NCBI RefSeq assembly: GCF_032444005.1
Contig: NC_091288.1
Location: forward strand, 203,422,001 to 203,486,000
Length of the DNA stretch: 64,000 nucleotides
Direction of reading: 5' to 3'
Source: Ranitomeya imitator
Taxonomy: Eukaryota
In this document: piece after piece, positions 54,201 to 64,000 of the stretch
Numbering within the stretch: position 1 is the first letter of the stretch
Layout: each line of letters starts with the position of its first letter
Notes under the pieces: generated by a model
Told to the model about the DNA's origin: nothing
What the model saw: the letters and a program-made list of their open reading frames with translations, nothing else
Databases searched by the model: none
Program-made: the position numbers and the translations under genes

Positions 54201-57200
54201 ATTACTGATCCCGAGTTACATCCTGTATTATACCCCAGAGCTGCACTCACTGTTCTGCTGGTGCAGTCACTGTGCACATACATTACATTACTGATCCCGA
54301 GTTACATCCTGTATTATACCCCAGAGCTGCACTCACTGTTCTGCTGGTGCAGTCACTGTGTACATATATTACTGATCCTGAGTTACATCCTGTATTATAC
54401 CCCAGAGCTGCACTCACTGTTCTGCTGGTGCAGTCACTGTGTACATACATTACATTACTGATCCCGAGTTACATTCTGTATTATACCCCAGAGCTGCACT
54501 CACTGTTCTGCTGGTGCAGTCACTGTATACACGCGTTACTTGCCTTTTGTACCGATCCATAGCTGGTCTTGCTCCAGTTTAAATGTCAGTCTGACTTTCC
54601 CTCCTGATTTATTGTACATACCAGATATAGGAGTAGTTGGAAGTCTCTCCTGTAATAGACACAAACAGTAATAAATACTGAATGACCTGTAATACCAGTC
54701 CTAGCCCACAGACAAGAGTGGCGCCGTTTATGGAGAAGGAAAGAAAAAAAAAAAAAAACTTTTTCCTAATCTCCTGTCTATAAATGTAAAAGTAAAGTCT
54801 TCTGTGGCTTCAGAATTTCAACAGAAGTCAGTGAAATATTCTTTGCAGATCTTGTCGCTATAATCTCGTATATACAGTAAAGGCGGACTGATAAGCGGCT
54901 TCAGTCTTGGGCAAGTTGGCTTCTGCTCTGCAAGTCCAGAATAGGCCCAGCTCAGTCCCCACCCAGATACCCACAACTGACCCTTGTGGATCCCCTAAGA
55001 GGAATATCTGCAGCTTTGACAGCCCTGAAGTTGTGTCCTAATGTCCTAAATACACAAAGCCGAGCCTCGATCCAAAAGAAGTCAGTATACAGAGCTGGAC
55101 TCAGGTTTATTGCCACCCTGGCACATGATCACTGCACAAACACGGCCATGTTTGCAGTTGGCGGGGACTTGGTCCAAATTTTTCTGGGCTTTTGTATCGG
55201 CTGTTTGCATAGGATGTTATATCCATCAGTTGCACTGAAGCTATATTTAAAAAGGGGCTTTGCTCCAAATTTAAGATCTCAAAAGGGGCATAACTTGTTG
55301 ATTTTTGAGGGCAAGACTGCTGGAAGACAGAGTGTCAGAATTGGGCACTTTTATTTCGGTTACAGAATGGAGTGACAGTGCACTTTTTTTTTATCCCCTA
55401 ACAGTCCCATAGAGAATGATTGGAGCAGCGGTCAGGCATCTGACCTGCCGCTTCAGTCTGTGAGCAAAATTTTATCCCAGTTACAGAATGGCGTAGCAGT
55501 TCATATAACTGACCGATGCTCTATTCATTCTCCATGGGGCTGTCAGAAAAAAAAAAAAAGGAAAAAAACGAGCACACTGCCACTCCATTCTTTAACTGGC
55601 GTGAGTCCCAGTGCTCAGACCCCTCCAATCAATTAATTATCACCTATCCAATGGGTAGGTAAGAATTACATCTAATAAAACACCCTCAACTTGAGATAAA
55701 TTAATGTCTGCATTCAGCGAAGAGGGAGGCTAAAAAATAAATAATTTAAAAAAATTATGTAACTACGTGCTTAATCTTCTGTTCCTGCAGCAAGTCCGGA
55801 AATCATCTGACCTGCTGCTGATCATTTCTACGACATGTTCCTTCGGTCATTAAGATGCGTTAGGACCAACAAAAGCAATTAAGACGGTGTCTGGGATAAA
55901 GACTCCCGCCTGAATGGGTCGACAAGTCCTCAAAGAACTATAGAACACATTGAAAATCCTTTTTTTTTTTTTTTATATTCGGCAATTAAACAGATGGCGT
56001 AAATGGATCAGACAAATGTTCCAGAAAAAGATGAAGCTGGGAATTTCTTTGAGGCTGAAAGCCATCTACAAAGAAACAAGGACCTCTCTACTTGCTAATA
56101 GGGCACACATTTCATCTACCACCTCCTGAAGGACCCTCAGACATCTCCTCACAATAAAGTGCCATTAGAGAGATGGAGCTGTTATACTAAGACACGACAG
56201 ACTTCGTGATGATGGAAATAAAGGGTCTCATTTCCAGTTCAGAAAAAGAGATTGCAACATCAAGATCTAAAGTGACGCCTAAATGTCTCCTACTCTGTGT
56301 TCTTCCCCACCAGGTTACAGGTCGTTTCTTGGGGTAAAACACGTCCTCAATGTCAACCGATATTGAAGGATTCGGCCGTCAGTCTAATGTGTATGGGGAT
56401 ATACAGGTCCTTCTCAAAAAATTAGCATATAGTGTTAAATTTCATTATTTACCATAATGTAATGATTACAATTAAACTTTCATATATTATAGATTCATTA
56501 TCCACCAACTGAAATTTGTCACGTCTTTTATTGTTTTAATACTGATGATTTTGGCATACAACTCCTGATAACCCAAAAAACCTGTCTCAATAAATTAGCA
56601 TATCAAGAAAAGGTTCTCTAAACGACCTATTACCCTAATCTTCTGAATCAACTAATTAACTCTAAACACATGCAAAAGATACCTGAGGCTTTTATAAACT
56701 CCCTGCCTGGTTCATTACTCAAAACCCCCATCATGGGTAAGACTAGCGACCTGACGGATGTCAAGAAGGCCATCATTGACACCCTCAAGCAAGAGGGTAA
56801 GACCCAGAAAGAAATTTCTCAACAAATAGGCTGTTCCCAGAGTGCTGTATCAAGGCACCTCAATGGTAAGTCTGTTGGAAGGAAACAATGTGGCAGAAAA
56901 CGCTGTACAACGAGAAGAGGAGACCGGACCCTGAGGAAGATTGTGGAGAAGGACCGATTCCAGACCTTGGGGAACCTGAGGAAGCAGTGGACTGAGTCTG
57001 GTGTGGAAACATCCAGAGCCACTGTGCACAGGCGTGTGCAGGAAATGGGCTACAGGTGCCGCATTCCCCAGGTAAAGCCACTTTTGAACCATAAACAGCG
57101 GCAGAGGCGCCTGACCTGGGCTACAGAGAAGCAGCACTGGACTGTTGCCAAGTGGTCCCAAGTACTTTTTTCTGATGAAAGCAAATTTTGCATGTCATTC

Positions 57201-60200
57201 GGAAATCAAGGTGCCAGAGTCTGGAGGAAGACTGGGGAGAAGGAAATGCCAAAATGCCTGAAGTCCAGTGTCAAGTACCCACAGTCAGTGATGGTGTGGG
57301 GTGCCATGTCAGCTGCTGGTGTTGGTCCACTGTGTTTCATCAAGGGCAGGGTCAATGCAGCTAGCTATCAGGAGATTTTGGAGCACTTCATGCTTCCATC
57401 GGCTGAAATGCTTTATGGAGATGAAGATTTCATTTTTCAGCACGACCTGGCACCTGCTCACAGTGCCAAAACCACTGGTAAATGGTTTACTGACCATGGT
57501 ATTACTGTGCTCAATTGGCCTGCCAACTCTCCTGACCTGAACCCCATAGAGAATCTGTGGGATATTGTGAAGAGAAAGTTGAGAGACGCAAGACCCAACA
57601 CTCTGGATGAGCTTAAGGCCGCTATTGAAGCATCCTGGGCCTCCATAACATCTCAGCAGTGTCACAGGCTGATTGCCTCCATGCCACGCCGCATTGAAGC
57701 AGTCATTTCTGCCAAAGGATTCCCGACCAAGTATTGAGTGCATAACTGAACATTATTATTTGATGTTTTTTTTGTTTGTTATTAAAAAACACTTTTATTT
57801 GATTGGATGGGTGAAATATGCCAATTTATTGAGACAGGTTTTTTGGGTTATCAGGAGTTGTATGCCAAAATCATCAGTATTAAAACAATAAAAGACCTGA
57901 CAAATTTCAGTTGGTGGATAATGAATCTATAATATATGAAAGTTTAATTGTAATCATTACATTATGGTAAATAATGAAATTTAACACTATATGCTAATTT
58001 TTTGAGAAGGACCTGTACTCACAAACATTCTTAATTGGTTTCTTCATGAAAAAGAAAAAAAGATAATGGGTGACACTTGAGAAGGTAGACCACTGGAAGG
58101 TTTCTTTGGTTGCCCCCTTTACAGCAGCCTCCTACACCATCTTCTCTCCCAGTTGCCCCCACAGTGCAGAGGTTCAGGGACAGGCATTCAGCCCTTTAAG
58201 GTTGATGTTCTAACCCTAATAAACCTGTTTGTAAATAACCCGATGGTCGCACATTCTGTTTTTTTCTGAATTAGAAGCTCCAATATTCAGACACTTCATG
58301 GAGGGAGATCGGATGATGCCCTTGATGGAAAATCCAAGGGAGCTTAGCTCCTACACCCTCAACTCTCTAAACTATCCCCACGGTTCTCTCTTTCCCTCTC
58401 TCAGAGGCCTCATGTTATTTGAAGAAAGGTCTAATGTGTTTAGTTATCCCATGCCATTAGAAGACCTCACAGGTTCCCATTCGTGGAGTGGCTGGATACC
58501 TACCTGGACATGTCTGGGATGGGGATCTCCTTGTCTGGGAGCGTCCCCTCCAGTCTGGCTCAGAGGTGGGGTCCTGGGTAGACAACACCCCTGATGGATC
58601 ATGCCAGCCTATGCCGGGTGCCACAGGTCACCAGAATAAGAGGATCCTTACCTGCACGCCTTTTAGGGATGGCATGATATCTTCCGGTTTGCCCTTGTCC
58701 AGTACCTTTCTGTGTTGCTTAAAAATATAAAACAAAAATAGTAAGAAGACGAGTCTGGAAGGAAGAATGCAAATTACAAATAAGTGAACATGGCAATAGA
58801 AAAAAAAAGTTAAAAATACTATACTGGAAGGCATAGTTTTTTGGTTTTTTTTGCTATGGCCCTCTGTATAGGAGAATAATAGAGTAACAGACACAGATCG
58901 GTCAGATGGAAGTCAAGAGAACAGGCCTCCGTCTGGTGAAGGTGGGCTATGAACCACCAGACTTGCATCATTACCTTCTGCCGACACAACGGCTCCTTCT
59001 TGTTTTCCTCCTCCTTCACCTCTTGCTGGATGGTCTCTTTGGGGGTGGTAACAGCCAGTACGTCATTGATGGTGGAACCTACAACCATGACTTTTGCTCC
59101 ATTGGTAACTTTGATTTCCCGTAGTGTTTTGTCCTCGGGAAGCAGCCCTTTAAACATAACTTTCTGCATAGCTGGTGGAAGACCTGAAGGAAACACGGAG
59201 GTGCAGGTATTTAATATTTTGAGTTGCGTTCTACAGTGCAAACATTTGGTCAATGAGGTGTTAAAAAAGGGGTTATCCAACCTCATTACATATTTTTACA
59301 AAACAGAAGACAATGCTATGTGACACCTTACTTATCCTGGAAAAATGCCTCCCGCGTTACACACCAGTCTCCTTCTATGGCTTCACCTCAAAGTCCTAAT
59401 TCTGTCTTTCCTGACCTTAAAGGGGTTGTCCATTTTTAGAAAAAATAAAATAAAAATTAAATATACTGGTTTATAGGACTGTCCCAGTCATGGTCCTCAA
59501 TCTACCGCAATACGATGGTCAAAGCCAGGGAATGGGATGTCACATAAAACAGACCAGTGAATAGCGGCGGAAAGGCGGCTCTGGAGCAGTAAGGGATACA
59601 ACAAGTAAGGTTTATTTTGGAATTTTAAAGCATTATTTAACTGCAAGACAATTTTTTTCTCTCAAAATGGACAAACCCTTGAAGTGCTGACGTTATTCAT
59701 ACACAGTAAGCAAGCGTGTCACATGCGGATCCACAAGAAAGTGAGCAGAATATGTATGCCAGAGCTTGGGATTTACATGGCAGACATAACCCTCTCGGGC
59801 CAATGCTTACTAAACCCTTTCCCCCAGAGTTCCGCTTTAAAGGGTCAACCACTGATGCCCTTTAAATTGTTGGAGGACTTACCTGTGAGTGTATGAATCT
59901 TCTGTTTAAGGCTTGCTCCTGTACTGTCCAATGGAAGCTTTACGTCGTACTTGTTCTTATTCCAAATAATCTTAAACTCTACAAGCTCTTTTTCGGACTC
60001 AGAGTCCCCTCCGTTACTGAAGGCGCCGTCCTCTTCCGGTTGTGCCGAACTGCTGTCCTGAGAGGCCTGAGGATCGCCATCTGCAACTTCTTCACAGCTC
60101 AGCTGTGCCTTCGGTCCATCCGCCTCCATTCCCAGATCTTCCACTTCTATAGGGGACAGGGACGAGAGCGGGTTAGTTCAGCCACACACAAAACAGATCA

Positions 60201-63200
60201 TTCCACACGAGTCGGATGATCGCGTCAGCAGAATGAAAGTAGCGGGTCCCGTAGCCATTGCTGAGCTTACGCTAAGGGCAAACGAGCTCACTGCCTGCTA
60301 AAAAGTAATTTCATGGTAGACGTCCTATATGTACACTTTCAAAGGTTAATGACATGGCGGTATTAATTTCAGAGGACTTCCCAATAGATGCAGTTCTAGA
60401 AACTGTCTGTTGAATATATGTGTGCACAGATGAATGGTATACTACAGAAATCAACCTTCGTGGCAGAGGCTGGCACCAGTGTCATCGGTCACCTGGATGG
60501 GTGACATGGCGTGCAGCAGAGCAGGGGAGCCAGATTCTAGGGGTCAGATGATATCCCAAACACTGGACAAGTGATATAGGACAGCGTCCTCTTCATCAGG
60601 TGCCACTCTGGGAATTCATGGCACATTATGTCACATGCCAAAAGATATAAAAGGAACAAAAATATCAGGAGAGCTGTAACGTGTGCGCTGATCGTAGCAG
60701 GAGAATCAAAAAGCCAAAAGGCTCAGAGCCTCTTCTCGACACGTCTGCATTACCGGCATCCTATTATTGTGTGCGTCTATTTTGGAGAACTTGCGACAGA
60801 ACATTAAAAAAATAAATGTCCAATATAGAAGATAGGACGGCACTAGAGCAGTACTTTATCCAATATAGGACTCTGTATGAGCGGCTGTGTGTCAGGCGTC
60901 ACGAAAGCTCCGGGTATTGGTGCTCAGCATAAAAGAAACTCTGAATCAGTCCAAGAAGAAATGAAAATGCGGCACTCACCCCAATACAGCTGTGCAGATC
61001 GTGAACTTTATTGGAGAGAAACTGAAAGGTACATCCGTCAGGACATCAGGTAAACCATGAGGGTGCGGTACAGGAGCACGGACGACGGCCGTTTCGCACA
61101 CACAGGTGCTTCACTCGGACCCGTCGAAGCACCTGTGTGTGCGAAACAGCCGTCGTCCGTGCTCCTGTATCGCACCCTCATGGTTTACCTGATGTCCTGA
61201 TGGAAGTACCTTTCAGTTTCTCTCCAATAAAGTTCACGATCTGCACAGCTGTATTGGGGTGAGTGCCGCATTTTCATTTCTTCTTGGACTGATTAAAAAA
61301 ATAAATAAACACCTTTTCCTACATTGGGAGCTCCGATTGGTGGAGGCGCCGCCTAACTTTTGTGACAAAGGACTTAATGTAATACAAAGTGCAACTCTTC
61401 TGTTGGCTTCATGCTAGAGAGATGAGGATGGGTCAGACTGTAATAACAGCCCGAAATAAAGCCAACAGGGGCCAAGAGCAAGGGAAGCGACGCAGGGCTG
61501 ACAATAGTATTAGTACCCCTTCGATCTAATAATTGGGGAAAAGGAACTTCTGCCGAATCTCCATGGCAGTGGTGACTAACCTTTGGTGCTTTAGTTTTTA
61601 AAAACTACAACCTCCCAGCATGCTCCGACAACCTGCCATTGAAAAACTACAACCTCCCAGCATGCCCCGACAACCTGCCATTGAAAGACTACAACCTCCC
61701 AGCATGTCCCGACAACCTGCCATTGAAAAACTGCAACCTCCCAGCATGCTCCGACAACCTGCCATTGAAAAACTGCAACCTCCCAGCATGCTCCGACAAC
61801 CTGCCATTGAAAGACTACAACCTCCCAGCATGCCCCGACAACCTGCCATTGAAAGACTACAACCTCCCAGCATGCCCCGACAACCTGCCATTGAAAAACT
61901 ACAACCCCCAGCATGCCCAGACAACCTGCCATTGAAAGACTACAACCCCCAGCATGCCCCGACAACCTGCCATTGAAAAACTACAACCTCCCAGCATGCT
62001 CCGACAACCTGCCATTGAAAGACTACAACCTCCCAGCATGCCCCGACAACCTGCCATTGAAAGACTACAACCTCCCAGCATGCCCCGACAACCTGCCATT
62101 GAAAAACTACAACCCCCAGCATGCCCAGACAACCTGCCATTGAAAAACTACAACCCCCAGCATGCCCCGACAACCTGACATTGAAAAACTACAACCCCCA
62201 GCATGCCCCGACAACCTGCCATTGAAAAACTACAACCCCCAGCATGCCCAGACAACCTGCCATTGAAAGACTACAACCCCCAGCATGCCCAGACAACCTG
62301 CCATTGAAAGACTACAACCCCCAGCACGCCCCGACAACCTGCCATTGAAAGACTACAACCCCCAGCATGCCCCGACAACCTGACATTGAAAAACTACAAC
62401 CCCCAGCATGCCCCGACAACCTGACATTGAAAAACTACAACCCCCAGCATGCTCAGACAACCTGCCATTGCAAGACAACATCCCTAAACAACCTGCCATT
62501 ACAAAACTACAACTCCCAATATGCCCTGACAGCTACATGCTGGGTGTTCTAGTTTTTCAACAGCTGGAGAGCCATAATTTTGGCGCCACTGCTTTCTATT
62601 ACTTATGGGAGTGTCCAGGCATTAATTCCATTTTTTGCTGCCCTGGTCCGCTCCTCTATGACACAAGGTCTTCACTTTTATGCCTGCCAGTCTACACCCT
62701 GCGATGTGACTAGGCTTCCTGCAAAGTAATTTAGCCATTGGGACTGTTTGCTAGAGGTGACCAGATGGGAGCAAACGGGAAAACCGCCTGCCATGAAGCA
62801 GCAGTCTGGACGCCGGACCAGGTTAGGGTGAATGGAATTGCTAAGCTCCACCAGGCACACTGTCCTAGAGACGCCATTGTGCGCTGCGACTGACTGATGC
62901 CCGGTTTGCACCGGGCGCATTAATAATAGGATACATGCACAATACCCACTGGGGGGCAAACAGCTGCCTCACTGCCCCGATTACTGCACATACCGGCTTG
63001 TCTCTCCACCCCGGGAAGATCAGACAAGAACCGAACCGTTTGGTGCCGAGGTGAACTCTGCTGTACTGGGATTTCTCGCAGGAGGGCGACACCAGTGATT
63101 ATTGGGCATGGGGCACACTAGAGCGGCCGCCTATGGGACGTGGCGCCTCCGCCATCAGGTGGAGAAACTTTTATGCAACCGGTTTTACTCAAAATGGAAA

Positions 63201-63582
63201 GAAAAGTTGCAGCAAAGTGTAAGTTGTGAGCAGAGGGCACATGGTGGGGAAGGTGACCTCAGGCACAGGGCATGGCACTGCCCATGGCACACAATGGGGG
63301 GCTACGCCTGGCATATGGCACTAGGAGGGGCAGGGGAGGCACAGCAGGCACACAGGCCTCACAGATGGCACATGCGCCGGCCACAGAGTTAGGACGTGCT
63401 CCTATAAAGGAGGGCATGCCGGGCAGCAGCAGGGGCACCACAGCAGGGAATGGCTATGGCAGCTGGCACAACAGACTAAAGGACAGGGCACCGAACAGCC
63501 GCAAATCTCAGCACTGCACAGAGGAGGAGAACACACCGCTCTGCCCTCGGGGGAACCGGTACTAACCGTCCTGGGACGCCAT
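51259..63582 (-). CDS. UBFD1: Ubiquitin family domain-containing protein 1, 7 coding exons, 284 aa
   Basis: Exons 63582-63567 (MASQD+G, donor GTTAGT; least certain), 60146-59883, 59183-58975, 58717-58652, 54649-54544 (GC donor), 52180-52098, 51369-51259 (855 nt). KIIWNKNKYDV, GLPPAMQKVMFKG and YWVYWVPAQYVDAIKDTVLGKWQYF* match recalled human UBFD1. Confidence 0.93.
51476..51734 (-). mobile_element. tRNA-derived V-SINE-type retroposon in UBFD1 intron 6
   Basis: Minus strand: A box TGGCGCAGTGG (51713-51723), B box GGTTCTAATCC (51669-51679), V-domain GTGGGTTTCCTCCGGGTACTCCGGTTTCCTCCCACATTCCAAAGACAT, (ATT)n tail. Confidence 0.85.
52383..54530. repeat. 86-bp tandem repeat (about 26 units, with shorter deletion variants) filling UBFD1 intron 5
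   Basis: GATCCTGAGTTACATCCTGTATTATACCCCAGAGCTGCACTCACTATTCTGCTGGTGCAGTCACTGTGTACATACATTACATTACT recurring. Confidence 0.97.
56404..58015 (+). mobile_element. Apparently intact 1612-bp Tc1 transposon with 200-bp IR/DR terminal repeats, in UBFD1 intron 4 (antisense)
   Basis: TA TSDs at 56402-56403 and 58016-58017. TIRs 56404-56603 and 57816-58015 differ at 2 positions by my reading. Direct repeat CTCAAWAAATTAGCATAT at both ends of the left TIR. Confidence 0.97.
56733..57737 (+). CDS. Tc1 transposase, uninterrupted, 334 aa, DD34E
   Basis: MGKTSDLTDVKK...; GRKR; VLFSDESKF, FQHDLAPAH, WPANSPDLNPIENLW (34 residues between D and E); ends KGFPTKY*. An in-frame ATG at 56670 adds 21 aa but is probably not used. 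Confidence 0.93.
   Translation: MGKTSDLTDVKKAIIDTLKQEGKTQKEISQQIGCSQSAVSRHLNGKSVGRKQCGRKRCTTRRGDRTLRKIVEKDRFQTLGNLRKQWTESGVETSRATVHRRVQEMGYRCRIPQVKPLLNHKQRQRRLTWATEKQHWTVAKWSQVLFSDESKFCMSFGNQGARVWRKTGEKEMPKCLKSSVKYPQSVMVWGAMSAAGVGPLCFIKGRVNAASYQEILEHFMLPSAEMLYGDEDFIFQHDLAPAHSAKTTGKWFTDHGITVLNWPANSPDLNPIENLWDIVKRKLRDARPNTLDELKAAIEASWASITSQQCHRLIASMPRRIEAVISAKGFPTKY
59418..59683. mobile_element. T2/Kolobok-type MITE
   Basis: TTAAAGGGGTTGTCCATTTT ... AAAATGGACAAACCCTTGAA inverted ends. Confidence 0.6.
60944..61294. mobile_element. 351-bp near-perfect palindrome, probably a tail-to-tail Penelope-like pLTR remnant with a degenerate hammerhead
   Basis: Arms 60944-61112 and 61126-61294 (about 4 mismatches), 13-nt loop; hammerhead-like fold at 61117-61158; AATAAA at 61226-61231; GTGAGTGCCG at 61259-61268. 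Confidence 0.65.
61600..62524. repeat. 41/42-bp tandem repeat x ~22 expanded inside a short CAGTGG...CCACTG MITE (61567-62591)
   Basis: GAAARACTACAACCTCCCAGCATGCCCCGACAACCTGCCATT recurring; flanks CAGTGGTGACTAACC and GGCGCCACTG. Confidence 0.95.
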
Positions 63583-63639
63583 GATGATTGTGTACAAGTC
63601 GCCAGCGCTAGTGCTGCCGGGAAACTCACAATCACACGT

Positions 63640-63840
63640 TTTTTGGTCCTCTTCGGCAACCGTAGGCCTAACCAGAAGCGGAAGAATAGCTGATACCATA
63701 GAGACAAGGCTGATGCTAGAATGTACGGGCTACAAGTAGGTATGACGTTTTGGTCACGTGGCCGTAGCTTCCGGTTTCTTCCAGAGCGCTGAGCCAGGAT
63801 GTTGTAAGTGTTCACAGCTGTAGACGCCATTTTGTTGAAG
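63640..63840. promoter_or_regulatory. Candidate bidirectional housekeeping promoter (UBFD1 and a divergent gene)
   Basis: E-box GTCACGTG 63754-63761, ETS/GABP CTTCCGGT 63769-63776, YY1 CGCCATTTT 63825-63833, TGACGT ~63744; lies between the UBFD1 ATG (63582) and a plus-strand ATG (63799). Confidence 0.6.
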
Positions 63841-64000
63841 ACTAAAGTCATTGACACATCATATAAATCTACAGTAAAATGGCTCCTGAAATGCGGACAT
63901 TTTTTGTTTTGTTTTCTAACCAGGCCAGTAATGATGCTGAAGCCCAGGTTTATGAGAAGGACATCATTTGGGGAGATGAGGCTTCTGTTAGGCAGAGTTC
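63799..64000 (+). CDS. 5' end of a probable divergent gene with a mitochondrial-presequence-like N-terminus (EARS2 candidate by synteny), runs off the window
   Basis: ATG TT|GTAAGT (63799-63803), 120-nt intron ending TTTTGTTTTCTAACCAG, exon from 63924. Spliced frame MLPVMMLKPRFMRRTSFGEMRLLLGRV is open to the window end. Confidence 0.4.

Noticed and set aside
52344-54562. Hydrophobic repeat ORFs; regularly spaced repeats superficially like a CRISPR array
   Set aside because: An 86-bp head-to-tail satellite with no unique spacers and no cas genes, in a eukaryotic intron.
63402-63857. Minus-strand ORF containing MASTAVNTYNIL as a possible UBFD1 start
   Set aside because: No suitable phase-1 donor follows it; the AAAATGGCG is better read as a YY1 motif. 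MASQD+G|GTTAGT at 63582 splices in frame to exon 2.

Overview
Vertebrate genomic DNA, almost certainly from a frog: spliced genes set in dense anuran-type MITEs, Tc1 elements and satellites, with two N gaps (25878-26072, 35659-35806). Four complete genes were reconstructed exon by exon: METTL26 (+, 6390-10526, 203 aa), WFIKKN1 (-, 12832-15575, 544 aa), RAB40C (-, 25053-34842, 286 aa) and UBFD1 (-, 51259-63582, 284 aa, one GC-AG intron). The start of a probable divergent gene (EARS2 by human synteny) lies at the right edge. Mobile DNA includes one apparently intact IR/DR Tc1 element with an uninterrupted DD34E transposase, a stack of three dead Tc1 elements (one DD36E), a V-SINE, T2/Kolobok-, Harbinger- and hAT-type MITEs, and two Penelope-like remnants with minimal hammerhead motifs. 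The most unusual signals: (1) two different tandem arrays (72-bp x ~71, 42-bp x ~22) that both amplify the ACTACAnnTCCCA-GCATGC (ZNF143/THAP11) motif next to promoter-like regions; (2) a 351-bp near-perfect palindrome centred on a degenerate hammerhead; (3) an orphan copy of the last UBFD1 exon about 6 kb downstream of the gene. No prokaryotic system or CRISPR array is present. Gene names rest on recalled human protein sequences, not database searches.
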